This document shows positions 29,524 to 40,300 of a DNA stretch of 64,000 nucleotides, one piece after another (the first letter of the stretch is position 1; each line of letters begins with the position of its first letter). The translations under genes were made by a program, and so were the position numbers. This DNA is from Bacteroidia bacterium (GTDB lineage Bacteria; Bacteroidota; Bacteroidia; J057; JADKCL01), in the NCBI GenBank assembly GCA_041565275.1, contig JBFGVE010000001.1:25970-89969 (forward strand), written 5' to 3'. The notes below the pieces were generated by a model. It was not told where the DNA came from. It saw nothing but the letters and a program-made list of their open reading frames with translations, and made no database searches.

Positions 29524-31389
29524 TCAAGCCACTTCCGTGACCAAGTCTTTTTCAACTTTGAGGTGGTCAATGATAAAATCCTGTCGATGCGGAGAGTTTT
29601 TACCCATAAAGTAACTCAGTAACTCCCCAATGGTGGAGTCTTTGCGTAAGATCACGGGTTCCAGACGTATTCCATGTCCGATAAAACTTTCAAATTCATC
29701 AGGGCTGATCTCTCCTAAGCCCTTGAAGCGAGTGATTTCGGAGTTATTGCCCAGCTTTTCCACAGCAGCCAACCTTTCATTCTCATCGTAACAATAGATC
29801 GTTTCCTTCTTGTTACGAACCCTGAAAAGGGGAGTTTCGAGAATATAGACATGTCTCTGGCGAACCAAATCCGGGAAAAATTGCAGGAAAAAGGTCAAAA
29901 GCAGCAGGCGAATGTGCATCCCATCAACATCAGCATCTGTCGCGATGATAATTTTGGCGTACCTCAGCCCTTCGATCCCATCTTCTATGTTCAAGGCATG
30001 TTGCATGAGATTGAACTCCTCATTTTCGTAGACGACCTTTTTACTGAGGCCAAAACAGTTCAAGGGCTTTCCCTTGAGAGAAAATACAGCTTGGGTCTTA
30101 GGGTCTCGGGCTTTGGTAATAGATCCGGAAGCAGAGTCGCCTTCAGTGATAAAGATCATTGACTCCCCCGCCCGTTCGTGACTTCCATTGTAATGGTATT
30201 TGCAATCGCGGAGCTTTTTGTTGTGTAGGTTGGCTTTTTTTGCTCGCTCATTGGCTAGCTTTTTGATTCCGGCAATATCTTTCCGCTCACGCTCACTTTG
30301 CTTGATTCGCTTGTGCAGAGCTTCTGCAACATCTTTGTTACGGTGAAGATAATTGTCCAACTGAGTCTTGACCACCTCGTTGATCCAGGTACGGATTACT
30401 TTTCCTTTGCCATTGGGTTCGGTAGTGATAGACCCAAGCTTGGTCTTAGTCTGTGACTCAAAGACGGGTTCTTGAGCGCGGATTGCGATCGCACCGACCA
30501 TAGAGGCTCGTACATCTGTTGCATCAAATTTTTTGTCGTAGAATTCCCTAACTGTTTTTACAACGGCTTCGCGGAGGGCCTGCTGGTGGGTTCCGCCTTG
30601 GTTGGTATGCTGACCGTTGACGAATGAATAGTACGTTTCTCCGTATTGGTTACCGTGGGTCAAGGCTACTTCAATATCTTCGTCCATGAAGTGGATTACC
30701 GGGTAGCGGCGTTCACTCTCTTCAAGGTTGTATTCAAGCAAGTCTCTGAGCCCGTTCTTGGACTGGAACTTCTTCCCGTTAAAAATGATGGTGAGTCCCC
30801 GATTCAGAAAAACATAATTCCGCATCATATTTTCCACGTACTCAGGATTGTACCGGAACTTGCGAAATATTTCAAGGTCAGGGGTGAATACGGTGAGGGT
30901 TCCGTGGCGCATGGTATTAGCAATGATAGGATGATCATTGGAGATTTTACCTTTCTCGAATTCCACCAATTTGGTTTTCCCTTCACGGTAAGACTGGACC
31001 AGGAATTCAGAAGAAAGGGCATTGACAGCCTTGGTGCCAACTCCGTTGAGGCCAATGGCCTTTTGGAAGGACTTAGAATCAAACTTTCCTCCTGTGTTGA
31101 TCTGTGAAACACAATCGATCACTTTACCCAGTGGAATACCTCTTCCATAATCCCTGACTCTTACTTTGTGTTGGGTTACAGACACTTCAATGGTCTTACC
31201 TACACCCATCATAAATTCATCGATGGAATTGTCGATCACCTCCTTCAGCAGGATATAGATGCCATCATCAGGTGAAGATCCATCTCCCAGTTTACCAATG
31301 TACATTCCCGGACGCTTGCGGATGTGTTCCAGTGCATCCAGTGTCCTGATTGAGCTCTCGTCGTATACAGGTGTTTTCTCTTCCGTCAT
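29524..31389 (-). CDS. parE: DNA topoisomerase IV subunit B (type IIA topoisomerase ATPase subunit)
   Basis: 621 aa. GHKL ATPase ([28 protein letters not shown]), Toprim ([21 protein letters not shown]). The size is typical of Bacteroidota ParE rather than GyrB. Confidence 0.88.
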   Translation of the reverse strand: MTEEKTPVYDESSIRTLDALEHIRKRPGMYIGKLGDGSSPDDGIYILLKEVIDNSIDEFMMGVGKTIEVSVTQHKVRVRDYGRGIPLGKVIDCVSQINTGGKFDSKSFQKAIGLNGVGTKAVNALSSEFLVQSYREGKTKLVEFEKGKISNDHPIIANTMRHGTLTVFTPDLEIFRKFRYNPEYVENMMRNYVFLNRGLTIIFNGKKFQSKNGLRDLLEYNLEESERRYPVIHFMDEDIEVALTHGNQYGETYYSFVNGQHTNQGGTHQQALREAVVKTVREFYDKKFDATDVRASMVGAIAIRAQEPVFESQTKTKLGSITTEPNGKGKVIRTWINEVVKTQLDNYLHRNKDVAEALHKRIKQSERERKDIAGIKKLANERAKKANLHNKKLRDCKYHYNGSHERAGESMIFITEGDSASGSITKARDPKTQAVFSLKGKPLNCFGLSKKVVYENEEFNLMQHALNIEDGIEGLRYAKIIIATDADVDGMHIRLLLLTFFLQFFPDLVRQRHVYILETPLFRVRNKKETIYCYDENERLAAVEKLGNNSEITRFKGLGEISPDEFESFIGHGIRLEPVILRKDSTIGELLSYFMGKNSPHRQDFIIDHLKVEKDLVTEVA

Positions 31390-31539
31390 AATCTCTCAGG
31401 TTCAAATTCTAGCTTCAAAGCTATTCTTTCTGCCCTCGGTTCTCAAGGGTTAATATGCACAGTTATCGGTTGTTTTTTTGGAGACCACATTTGGTTCTTC
31501 TGCATAAATGATAATCCATTGGAGTTTTTCCCCAAGGAA

Positions 31540-34500
31540 TCACTGGCAAATAAGTATTTTCCCCAAGGAATCAACAGAAGCAGAGTCTCTTTGGGTCAGG
31601 CATATAAACTCTTCATCGACAGGAACACAAATCCCTTCAGGTGGTAAGTCAAGGCCAAGGGCATTGTAGACAATTTGCTGAATATTCTGCCGAACTCGGT
31701 AGATGTTGATCTTCTGGTTTTTGCGGTCTGGGTAGACGCGGTTGGAGAGAAAAATAAAGATGATGTCCGTATCCGGATCGGCCCAGGCACATGTCCCGGT
31801 AAAGCCGGTGTGGCCAAAAGTGGTAGGAGAGGCACTGAAGCAGCACATCCCCCGGTCTTGTTCGGGAACAGGTTTCTGCATGTCGAATCCCAAACCACGG
31901 TGACTATTGGGGTAGCGGGAGGTAAATTTTCGAACAGTTTCCTCGCTGATAAAACGGGTTCCTCCATAAGTTCCTTTATTCAGCAACATTTGCATCAAGA
32001 CAGCAAGGTCTCTTGTATTTGAGAAGAGACCTGCTTGCCCACCCACTCCTCCAAAAATGGCGGTGGATTCGTCATGGACAAAGCCGCGGAGAAGTTGCTT
32101 CCGCCACCAGCGGTCCCATTCAGTGGGAATCACTTCAGCCTCATTAAAGCGGTTGAGAGGATGATAGCCGATTGATTTCAGGCCCAGAGGGCCATAAAAT
32201 TTCTTACGAACAAACTTATCCAATTCCGTATTGTGAATCCGTTCCAGTACGCGTTTCAGGATGAACATACTCATATCGGAGTATTGGTAAGCGCCCCGGG
32301 TGGATAGTCTCACTGTGCGTACCCGGTCCCACAATGTATCCAAAATTGTGGAATTGAGGAACAATTCATCAGCAATCTGAAGGTCGTGTACAGAATCCTT
32401 TTGTGTCCTATAGACTTGGCTACGGACTGTATCTGCACTGTCCACAAAAGTGAAATACTTGTAAAAGGGCAATCCAGAAGGAAGTCCGGCTCTGTGGGTA
32501 AGCAATTCTTCCGAGGTGATGTCTTTGATGGTGATGTAAGAAGAATCCAACTCTTTCAAATAGGTTTTGATTGGAGAATCGAGTTTGAGGTTGTTTTGGT
32601 CGTAGGACCACATGGCCATCAGGGTTGTGGCCGCGATTTTGGTTACCGAGGCGATGTCATAGACATCATCGAGACTGACCCGCCGGGTCCGATTGTAGTC
32701 ATGGTAACCATAAGTCCTGTTGAAGAATACTTTCCCACCTTTTGCTGCAAGTACCTGGCAGCCAGGAAAAGTTCCGAGACGAATAGCATTGTAGATAATC
32801 GAATCAATGGGCCTTAGGTTGGCCGGATCAATACCAAGGTCTTCGGGGTCGCAATAAGACAGGCGGATTTTTTCTCCCCTGGGCATTCCCATTCCTACTT
32901 CAAAAGTAGGATTCACAGAAAAAGGTAGGGTCGCGGTGGAGGTTGCTGCTCCAAATATGAGCTGGGCCATGGCGCGGTGAGTCAGTTCGCGGTCATCATA
33001 GGCGTGGACCAATACCTGAAGGCTATCCAGATCGGGTAACACTGCCGGAGGGCAGAAGTTGGCGACAATGGAACGCGTAGCATTTCTGAGGGCATAGAGG
33101 AACCCCAGGGTTGCCTGCGGGAGTCGACCGCATGAATCCCGATGACTCAACCCTGGATGAATATCTACGATGGTATAGTCGTATTTTTTGAGCTGCCTGA
33201 GCATCGCTGCATATTCGCCCGAACCAGCATATCGGTTCAGATAGAAGTGGTCCATATTGGCATAAAGGTCAAGAGTCCTCTGCATGCTTGTGCGATTTCC
33301 CGGCCCTAAACTCAGGGTAGCAATTTTGGTAGTTGCGACTTTTTTTAGGGGTAGGTATCCCCGTTCATCGCGTAGAATGGTCAGAGAAGAAGCGGTGATG
33401 GACCGGTTCAGTTCTTCCAATCTGACTTGAGGAGAATGGGTGAGAATAGAATCCGGGTGGCGAATGAAAAGGGTATCCAATCCCAGGAGTGCCTTCTTGA
33501 AGAGATGACGATGTACTTTTTCATTGAGGTCTTTTTCTGTAATTAATCCTTCTTGCACTGCTTTGATCAACTTCATTAAAGTCGGTTCGAGTTCTGAGGG
33601 AGAAACTATCATGTCCGTTCCAGCTTTAATAGCCATTGTTTCTGCTTCTCCGGGTTCAAATTCTGTGAAGAACAGGCAGTCCCGAAAGGCTGGTGAAAAG
33701 ATCAATCCTTTATACTTCAGCTCATGGCGCAGTATCTCCTTTTGGATAGATGAGGAAAGAGAGGCGGGTAACGTATCGATAACGGAGATTGAAAAATGTG
33801 AGAGAGCCAGGGCCTCGATTTGTTCTTTCAACAGTGCTCTGATCGGAGCAAATTCATGGACCTTCATGGAGTCAAAGCTACTCGAGTTTTCAGGAAACAA
33901 GCCTGAAAAATTATTGGGAATGGTTTTAAGGCTGGGCAAAAAGCGTACTGAAGGGATTACCTGGGCATCTTCGAGGCCGTGGACCAGTGCTTCGCTGAGC
34001 AGTCGGCTTCTTTCGGGCTGTGAACTGATGGCATCAGGTTCCTTTTGGGCGTCGAGGGGAATGGTAGATGCCGAGGTAAAGACAATGTGGCCACCAAGGT
34101 AACGGCATTCAGATCCAACGGCCATTCCCCAGGAGTAAGCAAAGTTGGCATCATTGGTAGCACCGAGAGATTGCAAAGATGGATACCCCCTCGCTTCAGC
34201 CCATTTTTGACTGGCATCCAGTGCGACCCAGACAGGCGAATCCAGTTTCTGGTTGACCCGATGGGCAAGTAAACGTTGGCTTTGTCGGTCTTCATTCGAA
34301 AGCAAAAGCCCTCCAATGTGAAGTTGATCAATTCTTTCTGCAAATGCCTCTAATTCTTCGCCGCTGATGGTCTGGCCTCTTGACTTCCCCTCCCATTCAG
34401 GAGATGCAACCATAATCAATTGCCCGACTTTCTCCGCGAGGGTCATTGATGCAAGGCGACTTCTCGACCAAGCCTCCGCTCGGGCAATCTTAGGATCTTG

Positions 34501-34599
34501 TATCTGGAGAGGTTCTACTTCGATAACCTCTCCAGGGCCGCAGGAAAAGAGAAATACTGAAAAGACAGTAATGACCAGGCAAAGGAGATCAAGTTTCAT
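31540..34599 (-). CDS. glycoside hydrolase family 3 N-terminal domain / serine beta-lactamase-like hydrolase fusion protein
   Basis: 1019 aa with a signal peptide. The N-terminal half carries the GH3 hallmark KVGQLIMV. The C-terminal third carries an SxxK active site (YDIASVTKIAATT) and other class-C/AmpH-like motifs. Confidence 0.8.
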   Translation of the reverse strand: MKLDLLCLVITVFSVFLFSCGPGEVIEVEPLQIQDPKIARAEAWSRSRLASMTLAEKVGQLIMVASPEWEGKSRGQTISGEELEAFAERIDQLHIGGLLLSNEDRQSQRLLAHRVNQKLDSPVWVALDASQKWAEARGYPSLQSLGATNDANFAYSWGMAVGSECRYLGGHIVFTSASTIPLDAQKEPDAISSQPERSRLLSEALVHGLEDAQVIPSVRFLPSLKTIPNNFSGLFPENSSSFDSMKVHEFAPIRALLKEQIEALALSHFSISVIDTLPASLSSSIQKEILRHELKYKGLIFSPAFRDCLFFTEFEPGEAETMAIKAGTDMIVSPSELEPTLMKLIKAVQEGLITEKDLNEKVHRHLFKKALLGLDTLFIRHPDSILTHSPQVRLEELNRSITASSLTILRDERGYLPLKKVATTKIATLSLGPGNRTSMQRTLDLYANMDHFYLNRYAGSGEYAAMLRQLKKYDYTIVDIHPGLSHRDSCGRLPQATLGFLYALRNATRSIVANFCPPAVLPDLDSLQVLVHAYDDRELTHRAMAQLIFGAATSTATLPFSVNPTFEVGMGMPRGEKIRLSYCDPEDLGIDPANLRPIDSIIYNAIRLGTFPGCQVLAAKGGKVFFNRTYGYHDYNRTRRVSLDDVYDIASVTKIAATTLMAMWSYDQNNLKLDSPIKTYLKELDSSYITIKDITSEELLTHRAGLPSGLPFYKYFTFVDSADTVRSQVYRTQKDSVHDLQIADELFLNSTILDTLWDRVRTVRLSTRGAYQYSDMSMFILKRVLERIHNTELDKFVRKKFYGPLGLKSIGYHPLNRFNEAEVIPTEWDRWWRKQLLRGFVHDESTAIFGGVGGQAGLFSNTRDLAVLMQMLLNKGTYGGTRFISEETVRKFTSRYPNSHRGLGFDMQKPVPEQDRGMCCFSASPTTFGHTGFTGTCAWADPDTDIIFIFLSNRVYPDRKNQKINIYRVRQNIQQIVYNALGLDLPPEGICVPVDEEFICLTQRDSASVDSLGKILICQ

Positions 34600-34702
34600 T
34601 TGGTCTAAAGGTTCTAAGAATAATCAATTTAGTATAAATTGTTGGTTGAACTGTAGGCTATGATACATCAGAAGTTATGGTCGATTGTTATCTTGCAGGA
34701 AT

Positions 34703-35182
34703 ATGCATACCTCAACCAAAATTATGGGCTGGGATCAAATGATCGCCAAAGTCAGGTCGTGGAAGGACCAGGGCTTGAAAGTAGTTTTTACCAACGGATG
34801 TTTTGATCTGGTCCACTTTGGGCATGTCGATTACCTTGAAAAAGCTGCTGCCCTGGGAGATAAATTGGTTGTTGGGCTGAATTCTGATGATTCGGTAAGG
34901 CGTCTTAAAGGTGAAAACCGACCTATACTAGATGAAAGCGCCCGGACTCGCCTATTGGCTGCCTTGGAGTTTGTGCAGGGGGTGGTGGTTTTTGATGAAG
35001 CGACTCCACGTGATCTGATTGCGCGTTTATTGCCGGATGTATTGGTCAAAGGGACCGACTATTCGGTAGAGGAAGTTGAGGGCCACATTGAGGTGCGAGA
35101 GAATGGGGGACGGGTAGTACTTATAGAGTTGGTAGAAGGATATTCTACTTCTTCAATTGTAGCTAAGATCCAATCCCTATGA
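34703..35182 (+). CDS. rfaE2: cytidylyltransferase-fold adenylyltransferase, RfaE domain II-like
   Basis: The track ORF starts at a TTG at 34685. The ATG at 34703 gives MHTSTKIMGWDQ.... FTNGCFDLVHFGHVDYLEKAAALGDKLVVGLNSDDS (CFDxxHxGH motif). Confidence 0.75.
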   Translation: MHTSTKIMGWDQMIAKVRSWKDQGLKVVFTNGCFDLVHFGHVDYLEKAAALGDKLVVGLNSDDSVRRLKGENRPILDESARTRLLAALEFVQGVVVFDEATPRDLIARLLPDVLVKGTDYSVEEVEGHIEVRENGGRVVLIELVEGYSTSSIVAKIQSL

Positions 35183-36003
35183 AACTAATACTGGAGATAG
35201 CAGGTAAAGATTACACGGTTGGCCTTCCAGGGTATTCAATCGCGATAGGCCTTGACTTTGACGGCCCTCAACCCAATATTTATCATGTGGCGAGGGCTTT
35301 TGCAAAAGCTTATGAATACGACGGCTGGGTGGGAGATGTTCGTCGCGGAGGGAGCTGTAATTTTGAAACGTACAATTTTACGCCACACTGCAATGGTACT
35401 CATACAGAGTGCATTGGGCATTTGACTTCGGATCGATTACGGATCTACGAGCAATTGAAGGAAGCATTTATTCCTGCGCAGTTGATCTCAATTGTTCCGC
35501 GTTCGGCTGCTGAAAGCTCGGATAGTTATTATCCAGGTTTTAAAGAAGGTGACAGGGTGATCGACAGAGCTCTTTTAGAGGATGCCACTCAGGATGTTGG
35601 CAAGGGGTCGTCAGACTTTTTCGCGGCCCTGGTCATTCGTACCCTACCCAATGATCACTCCAAAAAAGAGCAGGACTACATGAAAATATCTCCAGCCTTT
35701 TTTACTTTGGAAGCGATGGAATACATACGTTCTATTGGTACTCGGCATTTGTTGGTAGACCTTCCTTCGGTGGATCGTTTATCCGATGAAGGAAAGCTCA
35801 GTTCCCACCATTTACACTGGGAAATTTCCAAAGATGGTGCCGGTCAATTGACCGGAGAACGCATGTTCAGAACTATTACTGAGATGGTATTTGTACCCAG
35901 CACGGTCGGAGATGGTCACTATCTCCTCAACCTTCAAATCGCTCCATTTCTATCGGACGCAGCCCCAAGCAATCCGGTATTATTTGACCTGAAAGCGCTC
36001 TGA
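35179..36003 (+). CDS. cyclase family protein (kynurenine formamidase-like)
   Basis: 274 aa. HCNGTHTECIGH resembles the cyclase/KynB HxGTHxDxPxH motif. It has an ATGA overlap with the upstream gene and ends 2 nt before kynU. Confidence 0.6.
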   Translation: MKLILEIAGKDYTVGLPGYSIAIGLDFDGPQPNIYHVARAFAKAYEYDGWVGDVRRGGSCNFETYNFTPHCNGTHTECIGHLTSDRLRIYEQLKEAFIPAQLISIVPRSAAESSDSYYPGFKEGDRVIDRALLEDATQDVGKGSSDFFAALVIRTLPNDHSKKEQDYMKISPAFFTLEAMEYIRSIGTRHLLVDLPSVDRLSDEGKLSSHHLHWEISKDGAGQLTGERMFRTITEMVFVPSTVGDGHYLLNLQIAPFLSDAAPSNPVLFDLKAL

Positions 36004-36005
36004 GA

Positions 36006-37286
36006 ATGGAAAGTTCAGCTTTGACCTACACCACTATCCGCGAATTTGCCGAACAAATGGACCGGGAAGATCCTTTGGCGGATTACAGGGATCAGTTTCA
36101 CATCCCCAGGCAAGCCAATGGTAAGGAGTTCATCTATTTCACTGGGAACTCGTTAGGTCTCCAACCCAAGACAACTCGCAGCTTTGTTGAGCAGGAACTG
36201 GACGACTGGGCCCGTCTCGGGGTAGAAGGGCATTTTCGTGCCAGAAATCCGTGGATGCCGTACCACGAATTTCTGGCAGAGTCCACAGCACGGTTGGTGG
36301 GTGCATATCCACAGGAGGTAGTGGTGATGAACTCCCTGACAGTCAACCTTCACTTGTTGATGGTTTCTTTCTACCGTCCTACCCATAAGCGTTTTAAGAT
36401 CGTGATTGAAGCTGATGCCTTTCCCTCCGATAAGTATGCGGTTAGGTCACAACTTCGCTTCCACGGCTATGATCCCGAAACTGCGCTCATCCAGTTGCGG
36501 TCCCAGTCCGGTGACCCTGTAATCCCCACACAGGAGATCATGGACTTGATCGAACGGGAAGGGAACGAGATCGCGCTGATCATGATCGGCGGTGTCAATT
36601 ATTATTCCGGGCAGGCTTTTGAGATAGAGAAGATCACTAAAGCTGGCCATGCCAAGGGATGTAAGGTGGGCTTTGATTTGGCCCACGCAGTGGGTAATAT
36701 CCATCTGAAATTACACGAATGGGGACCTGATTTTGCTTGTTGGTGCTCTTATAAATACCTGAACTCCGGTCCCGGTGGTATTGCAGGTATCTTTGTCCAT
36801 GACCGTCATTTTCAGGATTCCGGTCTTCCCCGGTTTGAAGGTTGGTGGGGGCACAACAAGAACAACCGCTTTAACATGCCGGATGAATTCGAGCCTATGG
36901 CAGGCGCTGAGGCTTGGCAACTGAGCAACCCACCGATCCTTCCACTGGCAGCTTTGCGAGCTTCAATGAAGATATTTGAAAAGGTGGGTATGGAGGCTTT
37001 GCGAGAGAAGTCGGAGCATTTAACCGGGTACTTGGAATATTTGATATCGGAGTTGAATTCAGATCATAACTTACGGGTGATCACGCCTTCCGATCCAAAA
37101 CAGCGCGGTTGCCAGCTCAGTCTTCAGGCTAAAGAGACGGGTCGGGCCATTTTTCACCGATTGACCAAGCGGGGAGTGATAGTCGACTGGCGGGAGCCAG
37201 ATGTGATCCGGCTGGCTCCTGTACCTTTGTACAATCGTTTTGTAGAGGTGTGGGAGTTTGCTCAAATTTTGACTGAAGAACCCTAA
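36006..37286 (+). CDS. kynU: kynureninase
   Basis: 426 aa. IYFTGNSLGLQPK, the PLP-lysine region CWCSYKYLNSGPGGIAG, and FEGWWGH. Confidence 0.92.
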   Translation: MESSALTYTTIREFAEQMDREDPLADYRDQFHIPRQANGKEFIYFTGNSLGLQPKTTRSFVEQELDDWARLGVEGHFRARNPWMPYHEFLAESTARLVGAYPQEVVVMNSLTVNLHLLMVSFYRPTHKRFKIVIEADAFPSDKYAVRSQLRFHGYDPETALIQLRSQSGDPVIPTQEIMDLIEREGNEIALIMIGGVNYYSGQAFEIEKITKAGHAKGCKVGFDLAHAVGNIHLKLHEWGPDFACWCSYKYLNSGPGGIAGIFVHDRHFQDSGLPRFEGWWGHNKNNRFNMPDEFEPMAGAEAWQLSNPPILPLAALRASMKIFEKVGMEALREKSEHLTGYLEYLISELNSDHNLRVITPSDPKQRGCQLSLQAKETGRAIFHRLTKRGVIVDWREPDVIRLAPVPLYNRFVEVWEFAQILTEEP

Positions 37287-37356
37287 TGTAAATACCTGAT
37301 CTGGCGAAGCCAGAGCCAAAAAAGATCAATTTCCGTGAGAGTTTTCTAATTTTCTT

Positions 37357-40300
37357 ATGAGATTGTTGCACAACTCGCCTCACTCTCCCATTTCGTTTCG
37401 GCAAAATTTGCCGTTAAGGATAATCGCTGGAATAACACTTTTTCTTTACCCAAAAAACAAGCTTAATACTTTTTGTATAGTAAGTTTTTTGTGCTTTTGC
37501 TATTTCGCCAAGGCCCAGGAATTTAATCTTATTGAATACAATGTTGGTGACGGCCTCTCCCAATCTGAAGTCTTCAGTATTTGTGAGGACCGTCGCGGTT
37601 ATCTCTGGCTTGGTACTGCAGGTGGAGGACTCAACCAATTTGATGGAAATGAATTCAAAGTGTATACCAAAGACGATGGAATGCTCTCCAATTCTGTCTC
37701 TTCGATTTTGGAAACCAGAGATGGTAAATTATGGTTGGCCTATCCTTCGTATGGTATTGGATACTTTGACGGGAATAAATTCACAAACTATCGAGGTGAT
37801 CGAAATAATTTCAGGATTGGATTTAATACCCGAATAGTTGAGGACCGCGAGGGCCGTCTTTGGATTAGTTCGCGTGGGGGAATGGTTTACCAGTTCAAGG
37901 ACGAAGTTTTTATTCCTTATGATACCAGTTGCGGCTTGATGAGTAATCAATGTTCAGGCATGGAGTTAAGAAATGACGGGGTCCTTTGGGTCGGTCAGCC
38001 AAATGGATTTTGTATTTTTAATGGAATTGGATTCGATTCTGTCTCAACCCGTGAAATTTCCAGTGGTCTAAAAAATATATCCACTGCTCACTTTCAGCTC
38101 GATGGGACTGCCTATTTCGGAGCCAACGAGACTGAGATCTGGAAGTTGGAGAAGGGCCAATACACACGTGTTGGAGTCTTCCCCGAATTGGGAGCTATCA
38201 ATCATCTGTATGTTGACCAACGAGGGTGGATATGGGCATCAGGTGGCTGGGATGTAATCCTTATAAAAAATAGCCGTGTTTCTTCTCTACATGATCAGAC
38301 TGCCCTTTGGGACGTAGGGGGAGAAGAAATCATGGAGGACAAGACAGGCAATCTCTGGCTTGGAACACGAGGAGGGGGAATATTTAAATTCCCCGGAGAA
38401 ACTTTCACCCACTATAATAAAGGTACCCCCCTTTATAGAAATGCAGTCTTCTCAATCACCGAAACTCAAGCTGGAAAATTCATCATTGGGACCGATCAGG
38501 GGGTCTTCGAGTTTGAAAACAACCAGTTTTTGGAAATAAAAGATAACAATGGTGCTTCATTTTTATTCACACGCCATGTAGTCTACTCTGAAAAATATGG
38601 TATTTATATAAGGGCAGCCCAGAATGAAGTCTTTTTGTATAAAAATGGGAGTGTCAAGGCTATTCCTTTTGTGCAAGGGACTGTTCTTTCACTCTTTAAT
38701 GTGAATGGAGATATTTATGCCGGTACAGATATCGGACTATACCGTATCCAGGATGAAAAATTCATCTCAATGACCGAGATAGATTCAGCTTTCTTCATGC
38801 CCACTGGTAATGCGTTTTTGGATAACAGTGGAACTTGGTGGCTCGCCCATACCACCAGCGGGATTCGTTCTTACAAAGATGGAGTATCTCGGGACTACGA
38901 TACGGAGGATGGGCTGCCTCATTTTTATTGTACCGCATTTCTGGAAGATAAAAATAAATATATCTGGGTAGGAACCAACGAGGGTTTGGCAAGATTTCAA
39001 AATGGGAGATTCTGCTATCTCACCTCTCGAGAGGGACTGATTGGCAACCTGATTTATTGTCTGACCCAGGATCATAATGGAAATATATGGGTAGGTACAG
39101 AAAAAGGACTGAGTCAGATTCAAATAAACGAAAATTCAGACCCTGTTAACATTCGAAACTTAAGACGGGATGAAGGTTTTATTGGTGTAGAGACAAATGA
39201 AGGTGCTTATTTGGCTGATTCAGAAGGCAACCTCTGGTTTGGTACGATTTACGGATTGACCAAATACAATCCTCAAGCTGACCGGTCTAGCTATAGTCTA
39301 CCGAAGGTGCAGATCATCGATGTCAAGCTCAATCAGGAAGAGGTTGATTGGGGCAAGAGGCAAGATTCAGTTTATTCCTGGTACCATATTCCTTTTCAAC
39401 CAAAACTGAAGCCCACCGACAATTCTTTGCGTTTCGACTTCAAGGCTGTCGCTCTAGATTATCCTGGAAAAATTCGCTATAAATATATGCTTGAAGGTTT
39501 GGACAAGGACTGGAATCCTCCAACTACCGAAACCCAGGCATCTTACCCTGTCCTCCCGGCAGGCACCTACAGTTTCAAAGTAATGGCTGGGCGGAGCGAT
39601 GGCGCTTGGAGTTCTGATGTTGCATCTTTTGAGTTTACTATTCCTGCCCATTACTATAATACATGGTGGTTTCGCTTGGGAATGTTGGCTGTGGTTTCAT
39701 TCTTGATCTTGTGGATTATACGCTATAGGATCAGTAGCATTGACCGCCAACGAATAATTCTCTCTAAAAAAGTGGCTGAAAGGACCCGGCAGGTACAAGA
39801 AGAAAAGAACAAGGTGGAAGAGGCCAATCGAGTCAAATCTGAATTTCTGGCCAAAATGAGCCATGAGATTCGCACACCTATGAACGGAGTGATCGGTATG
39901 ACCGATCTATTGCGAAGAACCTCTCTTACAGATCAACAAAGACGATTTGTCGACAATATTCAGATCTCTGGTAAGAATCTCCTCAACTTGATCAATGATA
40001 TCCTCGATTTCTCCAGAATAGAGTCAGGTAAATTGGAACTTGAAGCTGTCCCTTTGGACCTGCGCAGTCTCACCGAAGAAGTTCTTGACATCTTAGCCTA
40101 CGAAGCCTTCAACAAAGACCTTGAACTTATATTTTATGCAGATCCTGAGATCAGAGGACCCGTGATAGGAGATCCTGCCCGTTTGAAGCAGACCCTGGTC
40201 AACTTGGTGGGCAATGCTATCAAGTTTACCGAGTCAGGTCAAGTTGCATTAGAAGCTCTTGTAGTTGAAAAGGACCCCAATGAAGCCCTTATTCAGATTT

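Noticed and set aside
33524-34102. 192-aa + strand ORF inside the GH3/beta-lactamase gene, with similar antisense ORFs inside pruA (25524-26108), lpdA (41993-42496) and the fadB-like gene (44715-45179)
   Set aside because: All lie antisense to long genes with unambiguous family signatures. None shows a motif of its own.
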